Positions 8,048 through 16,338 of a DNA stretch of 38,653 nucleotides are shown here, one piece after another (the first letter of the stretch is position 1; each line of letters opens with the position of its first letter). Under the pieces are notes generated by a model that saw nothing but the letters and a program-made list of their open reading frames with translations, made no database searches and was not told the origin of the DNA. A program made the translations under genes and the position numbers. The DNA is taken from the IMG/VR virus record IMGVR_UViG_3300012664_000446, positions 1 through 38,653 of that record; one strand, 5' to 3'. Origin of the DNA: a virus (lineage: Duplodnaviria; Caudoviricetes).

Positions 8048-8344
8048 TAAACAAGAAAGTGCCGTTTTTAAACAAGATTAAACAAGAATTGTTTAAGTCT
8101 GAAACCCTTATAAATACTAGGTTGTAGCGTTTTCTAAACAATTAAACAATAATATATATAAAACATTATATTATAAAATAAGGGGGAAATATAGGCATCC
8201 TATTAGATAGTATAAATTCACGTAAGGGTTATATAGGGAATCTTGTTTTCTTGTTTAAGATTGGGTGCAAAATGGCTAAAAGGTCAATGTTTATACGGGT
8301 TGTAGGCTTAAACAAAGGTTGTTTAAAGGGAATTTTCTTGTTTA
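8048..8344. repeat. Mirror-symmetric TAAACAA(G) iteron array around an AT-rich core; probable replication origin
   Basis: TAAACAA at 8048, 8069, 8079, 8135, 8143 and 8309; inverted TTGTTT(A) at 8089, 8243, 8251, 8319 and 8338. Largest non-coding region, located at the strand switch. Confidence 0.7.
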
Positions 8345-8377
8345 TTTGCAAGATTGATGCGATTTGCCGTATATTTG
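8345..8377 (+). promoter_or_regulatory. Rightward Bacteroidota sigma-A promoter
   Basis: TTTG (8345) - 21 nt - TATATTTG (8370), a full consensus match. Confidence 0.75.
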
Positions 8378-8381
8378 GATC

Positions 8382-8669
8382 ATGGAAAAAGTTAAGAATT
8401 TTTTGGCCACAGTTTTGCTTTTCATTCTGTTTGCCATTTATCGTATTGGGATGCTTCCCTGGATAACCGATTCAGTTATGACGTTTACCAATTGGAACAT
8501 GCACAGTACTCGAAATGATTTTGTAAAGTCGCTTTCGGCAGTTCTGTTTGTGCTGGTTTGGTGCTTGATAGGTCTGTTTTGGTCGATTTTAGCCGTTTTG
8601 GCGATGTTTCTATTGAATTGGCTAGTGTTCCTTATTTGGCAACGTTTTTACGGTCTTAAAAGGGGTTAA
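8382..8669 (+). CDS. Small integral membrane protein (95 aa, about 3 TM segments)
   Basis: Hydrophobic stretches FLATVLLFILFAIY, LSAVLFVLVWCLIGLFW and ILAVLAMFLLNWLVFLIW. Confidence 0.75.
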   Translation: MEKVKNFLATVLLFILFAIYRIGMLPWITDSVMTFTNWNMHSTRNDFVKSLSAVLFVLVWCLIGLFWSILAVLAMFLLNWLVFLIWQRFYGLKRG

Positions 8670-8671
8670 TC

Positions 8672-8866
8672 ATGGCTAAAAAAAGTATTGGATTCGGTGA
8701 TGATGTGGAGAAATTGATTACCTTAGCGCGATTGGATAGGGTTGCAAAGCTGGTGAACAAGTCAGACAACTGCTCGGGATGTCAGGCTAGAAAAACCTCT
8801 TTGAACAATCCGAACTTGATGATTAATAAACTTTTTTATCCTAAGAACAATGAACAAACTGATTGA
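8672..8866 (+). CDS. Conserved small phage protein (GFGDDVEK...CSGC..RK..LN)
   Basis: Resembles the GLGD...CGC..R...LN family I recall from Bacteroidota/aquatic phages. Confidence 0.7.
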   Translation: MAKKSIGFGDDVEKLITLARLDRVAKLVNKSDNCSGCQARKTSLNNPNLMINKLFYPKNNEQTD

Positions 8867-9152
8867 AAACGGCGGAGAGATTTTTTCGCCAACACAAGGG
8901 GACAAAGAAACCCAAATCGCATCAACGCTATTCCGTAGAAAGATAATCTACAAAGGCAAAATGGCACCGAAAGGAACTGTATTTATAGAGCTTCAAGTAA
9001 GAACGGAGCGCATGAAGTACACCAAAGTGGAACACATTCCAGGAGGGCAGACTAAGGAGCTGGAGGCGATCATCGAAAAACAGATGTTGGAACAAATTTG
9101 TAAAACATACAATCTATGGCTTGGGGAGAACCAAAAGACAAACAAGGCTTAA
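8850..9152 (+). CDS. Hypothetical protein
   Basis: 100-aa ORF overlapping both neighbours in operon fashion. Confidence 0.65.
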   Translation: MNKLIENGGEIFSPTQGDKETQIASTLFRRKIIYKGKMAPKGTVFIELQVRTERMKYTKVEHIPGGQTKELEAIIEKQMLEQICKTYNLWLGENQKTNKA

Positions 9153-9688
9153 CGGCTAAACAGCGTCGGTTCTGTGAGGAATACGTAATTGATTGGAACG
9201 CCTCGCGGGCCGCTTTAGCTGCAGGGTATGGCAAAAAGAGCGCAGAGGTAACAGGCAATAGAAACCTACACAAGCCCGCCGTAAAAGCATACATTGAAGA
9301 AATACAGAAAGACCTCGCGCAACTCGCGGGGCTTTCGCAGTTACGCAATTTGAACGAATACAAGAAAATCGCTTTCTGTTCCATTGCAGACCTGCACAAC
9401 ACTTGGATTGAACGAAAGGACTTCGAGCAACTCACAACCGAGCAGAAAGCAGCTATCGAAAGTATCGATACTAAAATCGAGATTAAGGAGGGCAAGCACG
9501 GCTCTACTGAGGTGCAGTACGTCAAAATAAAACTATTTGATAAACTCAAAGCCTTGGATTCAATCAATAAAATGCTTGGTTGGAACGCACCGATTAAATC
9601 AGAGGCGACTGTGGTTAACATCAACACGGAACCGTTGACGACTGACGAGATTAAAGCTGCAAAGGATAAACTCAATGACGCCTACTAA
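9116..9688 (+). CDS. terS: Terminase small subunit (Terminase_2 type)
   Basis: LTAKQRRFCEEYVIDWNASRAALAAGYG...SA and KIKLFDKLKAL; directly upstream of TerL. Confidence 0.93.
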   Translation: MAWGEPKDKQGLTAKQRRFCEEYVIDWNASRAALAAGYGKKSAEVTGNRNLHKPAVKAYIEEIQKDLAQLAGLSQLRNLNEYKKIAFCSIADLHNTWIERKDFEQLTTEQKAAIESIDTKIEIKEGKHGSTEVQYVKIKLFDKLKALDSINKMLGWNAPIKSEATVVNINTEPLTTDEIKAAKDKLNDAY

Positions 9689-11102
9689 AACACGTGCGGA
9701 GCTTGCAATAATCAGAGCCATGTGTGATGAGGACTTGCTATTCTTTACCCGTTTTTTCTACAAGGAATTACGCGGAAATAAGTTCATTGTAAACAAGCAC
9801 CATGAAGTTATCCGCGACGAACTCAAAGCCATTGAACGCTACGAGCTGGAACTGCTTAACATCAACATACCGCCCCGATTCTCTAAAACAGAACTCGCGG
9901 CTGTTAACCACATTGCCCGAGGTATTGGTATGAACCCAAACGCCAACTATCTGTACATCACAGCATCGGACGAACTAAGGGCACAAACATCGGTATCAAT
10001 CCGCGACATTGTCTCGCATCCGTATTTCAAGATCATGTACGGCGTGGAGCTAAAGAAAGACCAAAACGGTAAGAACCTTTGGAGAACCACACAGGGTGGA
10101 GGGCTTAAAACGGCGACGATATTTGGACAGGTAACAGGGTTCGGAGCTGGTCAAATGATTGAACACGACAAAGACCTAGAGGAATACGTTAGAACTTTTG
10201 AGGGTTGCATCGTGTTGGATGACATCAACAAAATTGACGATTCGGGCCAAGAGAACGCAAACAACGAGAAAGTAAGTCGCGTACTGTTCAATACTATCCT
10301 AAGCCGTAAGAACTCCAAGGACACGCCAGTGATCAACATACAGCAAAGGGCAGGTATGTCAGACGCAACCGCGCAGTTGATGGAACACTACGAAGGAAAC
10401 CCAAAGGCGAAATTCTTGGTTATGCCGGTTATCTCACCTGAGGGCGAACCGCTTTGGAAATTCAAGCACGATCTAAAAGACATCGAGGAACTACGCACCT
10501 CTCCCAAAACAGCAGACACGTTCCAAACGCAGTACATGCAGGAGCCTGTGGATTTCAAGGATAAACTGTTCGAGGGAGTTAAAACCTTCACCGATAGAGA
10601 GGCAATACTCGCAGAGTCGGAAGGCTCTTTAGCGTATATCGACGTGGCAGACGAAGGCTCAGACTATTTGTGTTGTTTGGTTGGCCATGTGGTAAATAAG
10701 CACGTGTACATAACGGACGTAATCTACACCAAGGCAAACACCGACATAACTGTTCCACGTATCTCGCAACTACTCAACGGCTACAAAGTACCCTACTGTA
10801 GAATCGAAACGAATGGAATGGGGGCAATACTTATCAAGTGGTTACGCAAGGAAATCACTACAACGGAACTGCTGGGGCTTACCAACAAGACCAACAAAGA
10901 GACAAGAATTATCATGCACAGCTCTTACGTACTGAGAAGATTCAGATTCTTAGCAGGACAAACGGGAGAGTATGGGCAATTTATGAACGCCTTACAGGGC
11001 TATTTGAAAGAGGGCAAAAACAAGAACGACGACGCACCCGACGCAACGACAGGACTCGCGCAGATGTTCGACAGTTTCATGCCACATTTAGACGAAATAT
11101 GA
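9675..11102 (+). CDS. terL: Terminase large subunit
   Basis: Walker A variant NIPPRFSKT, Walker B IVLDD, IQQR coupling motif, QYMQEP, nuclease IDVADEGSDY and NDDAPDA. Confidence 0.95.
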   Translation: MTPTKTRAELAIIRAMCDEDLLFFTRFFYKELRGNKFIVNKHHEVIRDELKAIERYELELLNINIPPRFSKTELAAVNHIARGIGMNPNANYLYITASDELRAQTSVSIRDIVSHPYFKIMYGVELKKDQNGKNLWRTTQGGGLKTATIFGQVTGFGAGQMIEHDKDLEEYVRTFEGCIVLDDINKIDDSGQENANNEKVSRVLFNTILSRKNSKDTPVINIQQRAGMSDATAQLMEHYEGNPKAKFLVMPVISPEGEPLWKFKHDLKDIEELRTSPKTADTFQTQYMQEPVDFKDKLFEGVKTFTDREAILAESEGSLAYIDVADEGSDYLCCLVGHVVNKHVYITDVIYTKANTDITVPRISQLLNGYKVPYCRIETNGMGAILIKWLRKEITTTELLGLTNKTNKETRIIMHSSYVLRRFRFLAGQTGEYGQFMNALQGYLKEGKNKNDDAPDATTGLAQMFDSFMPHLDEI

Positions 11103-11302
11103 GTGAAGACATTTTAAAGCCAGTCGAGGAACTGAGCTACGACCAATTAAGAGCGGCGTACAGATTACACCGCGACAGAGTAATCGCAATTAGCGAACGT
11201 ATGCGAGAGATCGAGGACCAAGTGCCGAAGCACTACATCAACGGGAACTACTCGAAGATTAAACGCGCAGAAGCGTGCGACGCTCCTCATCCGAAAGAGT
11301 AA
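11099..11302 (+). CDS. Small hypothetical protein (67 aa, MSEDILKPVEEL...)
   Basis: ATGA overlap with the TerL stop; overlaps the portal 3' end tail-to-tail by 44 nt. Confidence 0.6.
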   Translation: MSEDILKPVEELSYDQLRAAYRLHRDRVIAISERMREIEDQVPKHYINGNYSKIKRAEACDAPHPKE

Positions 11303-12452
11303 TAAGTGTAGACATTTTCTCCACAGCCTGAGAGCGTTTGAACATTGCATCCGCTGCCTTGTTGTCATCAGTCTTAAGAACTGAAATGTGTTCGAATGAT
11401 GGTTTTAAGAACACGCCTTGCTTGTTTAAGCCCATTTGTTTAGTGAATTCGTCGTACATCAACTCAGTATCGGGAATGATTGTTGAATTATAGGCTTGAC
11501 GCTCGCCCATTTCTACGTTAGAGAACGTCGAACCTTTGGACTCAGCAGAACCGAACATGTTTTGATTCAGTCCGTATTCGTCAATAATGGCTACTTTATC
11601 CGCTGTTAATTCTTCAAACAGCATCAAATCTTTAGTAGGGAACGACATCGGGTCCCACTTCATAGGCTTGTCAGTGATGACAGGCTTCCCGCTATTGCGG
11701 TCCATGATGTCCTTTGTCAATTTTTCCTTGTCTGGACCGTTCAACGGTACAAACGAAACGCCTTCTTGGCGTTCCACTGATAAAATACCAAGGGCGAAAA
11801 GATTCTCTAGCAATACATTTCTTTTACGATATGCTGAGGCGATGTTGCTCAATGGATACTTAAGGGCTTCTAGTTTTGATTTGGTAGCGAATAGGTTGAT
11901 ACCATCAGGCTCGCAGAGGTAAATAACTTCATTTGGTTTGAAGTCTTCAAAGTTGCCATAACGCGAAGTAGGTATTTCGAATTTCTCGATAAAGCCCTCG
12001 ATAGTTGTTTGGCGTAGACCTTTGCGAGTCGCTACAACTTTCACGTTGTTCCATGCGATAGGCGTTAAGTTCTGCACGTTACCCAAAGAGCCTTTTGGCG
12101 AAAAGATTAGAGCGTTATTCGTTACACACTTGTTGAGCGCGACCATGTAGATCATAGTCCCCCAGCTTTGCATCGCGTTTGGTTGGTCGATTAGTTCGAA
12201 TATCCAATGGCCATTCGGGTCCATTACGTTACCGTCCTCGTCTGTAATTACAGGATTGGCACTCGCTACCATTTTGGCGTAGCGGTTAATCACTGCTTGA
12301 AGCTCAGGGATTTCATTATAAAGCACCCAACCAGCAGTCGAGTCTATCCAGTTTGGCGTAGTGTTGCCTAACATTTGAGTTGTGAAGTATCTGCCGTCTT
12401 GACCGTATCGACCAAAAAAGCTACTTAAACGGTGAAAGAAATTTCCCTCCAT
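11259..12452 (-). CDS. Portal protein (HK97-like), inverted relative to the structural operon
   Basis: 397 aa; position between TerL and the protease; IPELQAVIN, PNAMQSW, LFALGIL, STFSNVEMGERQAY, IIP and EERRTLL motifs. Confidence 0.88.
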   Translation of the reverse strand: MEGNFFHRLSSFFGRYGQDGRYFTTQMLGNTTPNWIDSTAGWVLYNEIPELQAVINRYAKMVASANPVITDEDGNVMDPNGHWIFELIDQPNAMQSWGTMIYMVALNKCVTNNALIFSPKGSLGNVQNLTPIAWNNVKVVATRKGLRQTTIEGFIEKFEIPTSRYGNFEDFKPNEVIYLCEPDGINLFATKSKLEALKYPLSNIASAYRKRNVLLENLFALGILSVERQEGVSFVPLNGPDKEKLTKDIMDRNSGKPVITDKPMKWDPMSFPTKDLMLFEELTADKVAIIDEYGLNQNMFGSAESKGSTFSNVEMGERQAYNSTIIPDTELMYDEFTKQMGLNKQGVFLKPSFEHISVLKTDDNKAADAMFKRSQAVEKMSTLITLSDEERRTLLRV

Positions 12453-12470
12453 TGTTATTTTTTTAATGCT

Positions 12471-12504
12471 TTTGACAAATTTAAGTTATTTTTTCATAGT
12501 TTTG
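12471..12504. promoter_or_regulatory. Overlapping divergent promoters (portal leftward, head operon rightward)
   Basis: Minus-strand TAAATTTG at 12483-12476; plus-strand TTTG at 12471 and TAGTTTTG at 12497-12504. Confidence 0.65.
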
Positions 12505-12518
12505 TTAAAATTCTAACA

Positions 12519-12614
12519 ATGGGCGAAAATATAAAACTATCAGCTGAGGACATCAAAAAGCTAAAAGCGGATAAAGATCGTGCAGTAAAGAGTGGTCAAA
12601 CTGTAAAGAAATGA
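12519..12614 (+). CDS. 31-aa basic peptide (MGENIKLSAEDIKKLKADKDRAVKSGQTVKK)
   Basis: ATG lies downstream of the rightward promoter; ATGA overlap with the protease start. Confidence 0.6.
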   Translation: MGENIKLSAEDIKKLKADKDRAVKSGQTVKK

Positions 12615-13432
12615 CAAAAGAACAAACGTTTAAGTACCTAAAGGACAACAAGAAAGTTCTAATCGAGGAGAAAAAAGCCGCGGTTAAACATTGCGACCCT
12701 GTAGTGTATCAGATAACTCCGAAGGTAACTAAGGAAGGAGCTGAGAAATCGTTGGAGGATATTGCCCCAGGAGTAGAAGTATCTACCATTTTGGTTAAGG
12801 CGGTTATCAACACGACGAACATAATCGACTCACACAAAGACTGTCATCAAAACAGCATTTGGAAAAAATGTCTTAAGGAGAAAAAAGACTTCTACTTATT
12901 GCAGGAGCACCAAATGAAGTTCAACATGATCATTACCGACAAAGTGAAAGCGTTCACTGAGGCGATGACTTGGAAGGATTTAGGACTAAGCTACGAAGGA
13001 ACTACTGAGGCTCTTATTTTTGATTGTGAGATTGACGAAGACCGTAACGAGTACATGTTCGAACAGTATTTGAAGGGCTACGTTAAAAACCATTCAGTAG
13101 GAATGCGTTACATTTCTATTTTCTTGTGTATCAACTCAGACGAGAAATACTACGCAGAAGAGAAAGCTAACTGGGACAAGTATTATCCAACAGTAGCCAA
13201 CAAAGAAGTAGCAGACCAAGACGGTTATTTTTGGGCGGTTACAGAGGCTAAAATCGTGGAAGGTTCAGCCGTTCCAATTGGGTCAAACACAGCAACACCG
13301 ACACTGAGCGTGTCACCGAAAGATACTGAGGCCGACGATGTCACCTCGGATAAAGCAGAGCCGCCAACAGGCACTCCAAACAAACAAGAAAGTCCAGATA
13401 TTGACTGGCAACAAGTAATTGATAAATTTTAA
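12611..13432 (+). CDS. Prohead (capsid maturation) protease
   Basis: DSHKD, LQEH, HSVGMRY and EGSAV motifs of HK97-type proteases; directly upstream of the capsid gene. Confidence 0.88.
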   Translation: MTKEQTFKYLKDNKKVLIEEKKAAVKHCDPVVYQITPKVTKEGAEKSLEDIAPGVEVSTILVKAVINTTNIIDSHKDCHQNSIWKKCLKEKKDFYLLQEHQMKFNMIITDKVKAFTEAMTWKDLGLSYEGTTEALIFDCEIDEDRNEYMFEQYLKGYVKNHSVGMRYISIFLCINSDEKYYAEEKANWDKYYPTVANKEVADQDGYFWAVTEAKIVEGSAVPIGSNTATPTLSVSPKDTEADDVTSDKAEPPTGTPNKQESPDIDWQQVIDKF

Positions 13433-13442
13433 AAAACACATC

Positions 13443-14636
13443 ATGACACCAGAAGAAATTGTAAAACAATTGGAAGAGAAGTTGGCATCCAAAGGATTTG
13501 CTTCTCAAACTGACGTTGAGGCTATCAAAGCTCAACTAGAAGAAATGAAAGGTTCGAAAGAACTTGAAACGGTTAAGGCTTTAGCAATGAAGTTGGAAAC
13601 TGAAATCGAAGCGTTGAAAGAAAATCCAGCACCAGCGGCAGGAGTCTTGAAAACGTTAGCGGTAGCGATTAAAGAACGTGTGAACGAAATCAAATCGTTG
13701 GCGTCTAAATCTCACTCTGAAGAGGTAGAGTTGAAAGCTGACACGTTACGTGCAAACGTATTGTTGACGCAACAAGCTACAGACATCATGGAAGTAGGGC
13801 AATTGCCAACACGTAAATTATCGTTGTACGACGTTTTCCCTAAAATCACTTTAGGAACAAACAACAACGGTACGATTCGTTACTACGACTGGGACGAGGC
13901 AACAACGGTTCGTGCGGCGGCAATGATCGCAGAGGGCGGAACGTTCCCTGAGTCAACGGCTAAGTGGAAACGTTACTCTTTGGACTTAAAGAAAATCGGG
14001 GACACGATTCCTGTATCTGAAGAGTTCTACGAGGATGAGGTTATGTTCGCAAGTGAGTTAGAGTTATTCTTGACTACGAACGTCGACCTTAAAGTAGACG
14101 ACCAAATTGCGAACGGAGATGGAACGGGCGACAACATCAAAGGTTTGTTTGCATCTGTACCAGCGTTCAACACTGCATTGGCTACAACTACGGTTGAAGC
14201 TCCAACTATCTACGACTTAATCGCGATTGCTTCTGAGCAAATCACTATCACAGGTGGTGCGAAGTACATGCCAAACGTGGTATTTATGAACAAGTCAACG
14301 ATCAACAGAATGCGTTTATCGAAAGATGCTAACGAAAATTACATCATCCCTCCATTCGTTTCACAAAACGGAAAAGAGATTGACGGTATGTTAGTTATCG
14401 AAACGAACGCATTTGCAAACAACAAAATGGTTATTGGAGATTCACGTTTCGGACGTATCTACGAGAAAAACGGTTTGGTTGTTTCACGTGGTATGGTTGG
14501 AACGCAGTTCGCAGAAGACATGGAAACATTGAAAGTGCGTAAACGTTTGTTGTTCTTGGTTCGTACAGTTGACCAAACAGGATTCGTTAAAATCAATGAC
14601 ATCACAACAGCATTGGCGGACATCACGGCGTCATAA
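13443..14636 (+). CDS. Major capsid protein (HK97 fold with N-terminal coiled-coil delta domain)
   Basis: IAEGGTFPES, KKIG...VSEE, IANGDGTGDNIKG, KDANENY, VIGD; strong codon bias. Confidence 0.93.
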   Translation: MTPEEIVKQLEEKLASKGFASQTDVEAIKAQLEEMKGSKELETVKALAMKLETEIEALKENPAPAAGVLKTLAVAIKERVNEIKSLASKSHSEEVELKADTLRANVLLTQQATDIMEVGQLPTRKLSLYDVFPKITLGTNNNGTIRYYDWDEATTVRAAAMIAEGGTFPESTAKWKRYSLDLKKIGDTIPVSEEFYEDEVMFASELELFLTTNVDLKVDDQIANGDGTGDNIKGLFASVPAFNTALATTTVEAPTIYDLIAIASEQITITGGAKYMPNVVFMNKSTINRMRLSKDANENYIIPPFVSQNGKEIDGMLVIETNAFANNKMVIGDSRFGRIYEKNGLVVSRGMVGTQFAEDMETLKVRKRLLFLVRTVDQTGFVKINDITTALADITAS

Positions 14637-14649
14637 TCTGAGTTCATAG

Positions 14650-14697
14650 GCACTGAGCCCCGCGTTTAACTTTCACGAGTTGCGCGGGGTTTGGTGC
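14650..14697 (+). terminator. Long hairpin after the capsid gene
   Basis: GCACTGAGCCCCGCG...CGCGGGGTTTGGTGC with an inner TAACT/AGTTG stem; no clear U-tract. Confidence 0.5.
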
Positions 14698-14715
14698 ATA
14701 TAAAAAGTTAATCTT

Positions 14716-15111
14716 ATGAGAACGAGAGTAAAATTTATCAAGCCAACGGATAACACAACGGTAGGAACTGAGAAGTTGTTACAGCCTTTCATTGCTCGCG
14801 ACTTAGCGAAAAGAGGTTTTGTTGAAATCCTGGGCGAAGGTATCGCGCCAAAACGTGTTACTTCTAAAGTGGATAAAGTAGACGTGAACGTCGAAGAAAT
14901 AGATTTAACAGCAGACGAGTCTTTCAAAGCTCTAGGAATTGCCTTGGAGGATGCAGTCGACACTATCGCAGAGGCTGGAAAGACTGACGGACCAGTAGAC
15001 TATACTACTTTGAGCTTTGCAGAATTACGCCAAGAGTGCGAGGCTTTAGGGCTTCCAATTATGGCAAATCCTTCGAAAGTTAAACTTATCGCTTTACTTT
15101 CAAACAGATGA
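14716..15111 (+). CDS. Head-associated protein with C-terminal HeH/SAP-like helical domain
   Basis: C-terminal YTTLSFAELRQECEALGL...SKVKLIALL; position right after the capsid gene. Confidence 0.65.
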   Translation: MRTRVKFIKPTDNTTVGTEKLLQPFIARDLAKRGFVEILGEGIAPKRVTSKVDKVDVNVEEIDLTADESFKALGIALEDAVDTIAEAGKTDGPVDYTTLSFAELRQECEALGLPIMANPSKVKLIALLSNR

Positions 15112-15836
15112 TAACAGCAGCACTGCCAACTTTCAACAACTCCAAAATTATTTGGATTCAGCTATCTGCGCTTTGCGATCAAGTAGGCGCAGGAGATTGG
15201 GAGTTGATAGTGTGCGAAGAACATAGCGACAATACTCTCGGAGTCGAAGGGCTTCGAGAGTGGGTTGCTAAGCTCAAAAAAGCTGGTTGTAAACGCATCA
15301 TTTATCTGAGCCTTGACAAGTGGATTCCACTGGGGCAAAAATGGATAGAGATTCGCGACAGAATGCACCCCGATAGTATTGGAATGATGCTATGTGCATC
15401 TGATAACTACTCGCCAAACGACCGCATCGCAAACTCGCGTTTAGCTATGGAGTCAGGAGCCGACTGGTATCAGTGCCAAAGTGGGTATTTCTACAACATC
15501 GTAGCTCATCAAGCAGGGAAGTTTAAAGCGATTGAAGACCAGCCCGCACTGTTCATGTGCGCAAGCAAAGCATCTTTGGACAGAGTAATTGAGACTACAT
15601 TCCCAACTCGCGGAGTGGATACGTGGCTCAAAACTGTAACGAAGCCCGAGCAACTGCAACTAGACGATTGGACAGACGGCATACACACTGACGGGTTCAA
15701 CACAATCTCTTTGAACAGAAGACTTTTATACGCCGAGGCGGACTCAGGACACTTCAAACAGGCAAACGCCGACGAAGTTTTCCAAGTATTCCCGCTTTAT
15801 GTACGTGAAAAAATAACGGAAATGTTAAAATCTTAA
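15108..15836 (+). CDS. GT-A fold (GT2-like) glycosyltransferase
   Basis: ITAALPTFN, L..Q, WELIVCEEHSD, PLGQKW, DxD-equivalent CASDNY, RGVD. Confidence 0.7.
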   Translation: MITAALPTFNNSKIIWIQLSALCDQVGAGDWELIVCEEHSDNTLGVEGLREWVAKLKKAGCKRIIYLSLDKWIPLGQKWIEIRDRMHPDSIGMMLCASDNYSPNDRIANSRLAMESGADWYQCQSGYFYNIVAHQAGKFKAIEDQPALFMCASKASLDRVIETTFPTRGVDTWLKTVTKPEQLQLDDWTDGIHTDGFNTISLNRRLLYAEADSGHFKQANADEVFQVFPLYVREKITEMLKS

Positions 15837-15840
15837 CAGA

Positions 15841-16338
15841 ATGGCAACAATTTTAACGCCTCAAATGTTCATCGGTAAGTTCGCAATTGCGCGAGCTTTC
15901 AACGACGGCAACGAAAAGCTACAGGAGTACATAACTCACTACGAGACTATCTACCTAAATGAGCTATTCGGGGCTGAATTATGCACGCTATTTTTGGCGG
16001 GCTACGAGGACGACGAGATTTACACAGTGTTATTTGACCCGTTCGTCTACGACTCACCGTGCGCAGGCGTAACGATTTCCGAAGGTATCGAGATAATGCT
16101 CAAAGGCTTCATCTTAGCGCACTACTCGCGTGAAGACTTAGGAACGTCAACGGCGCAGGGTAAAATCATGCTAGCGACCGAAGGAGGCGAAAAGATTAAC
16201 GACAATTACGATTTCGTTTACACGATCTACAACCAAGCGATTAAGACCTATAACGCTATAATCCAAAAAATCAAAGATAATCGAGCAGATTATCCTGAAT
16301 TCAAGGGCAAAACTAAAGAAACTACATACTTCATATAA
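15841..16338 (+). CDS. Head-tail adaptor/connector protein
   Basis: Position and size; YITHYETIYLNELFGAEL pattern typical of adaptors in Bacteroidota siphoviruses. Confidence 0.6.
   Translation: MATILTPQMFIGKFAIARAFNDGNEKLQEYITHYETIYLNELFGAELCTLFLAGYEDDEIYTVLFDPFVYDSPCAGVTISEGIEIMLKGFILAHYSREDLGTSTAQGKIMLATEGGEKINDNYDFVYTIYNQAIKTYNAIIQKIKDNRADYPEFKGKTKETTYFI

Noticed and set aside
8251-8466. 71-aa ORF starting in the iteron region
   Set aside because: TTG start inside the repeat array; overlaps a consensus promoter and a better-supported gene.
9070-9675. 201-aa antisense ORF over terS, and similar antisense ORFs over TMP, the methyltransferase and the helicase
   Set aside because: Shadow frames of strongly supported genes, with no motifs or expression signals.
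10838-11098. N-terminal extension of ORF 10838-11302
   Set aside because: Lies entirely within TerL; the ATGA-coupled start at 11099 is more plausible.
11259-12460. Invertible (phase-variable) portal segment
   Set aside because: No flanking inverted repeats or site-specific recombinase seen.
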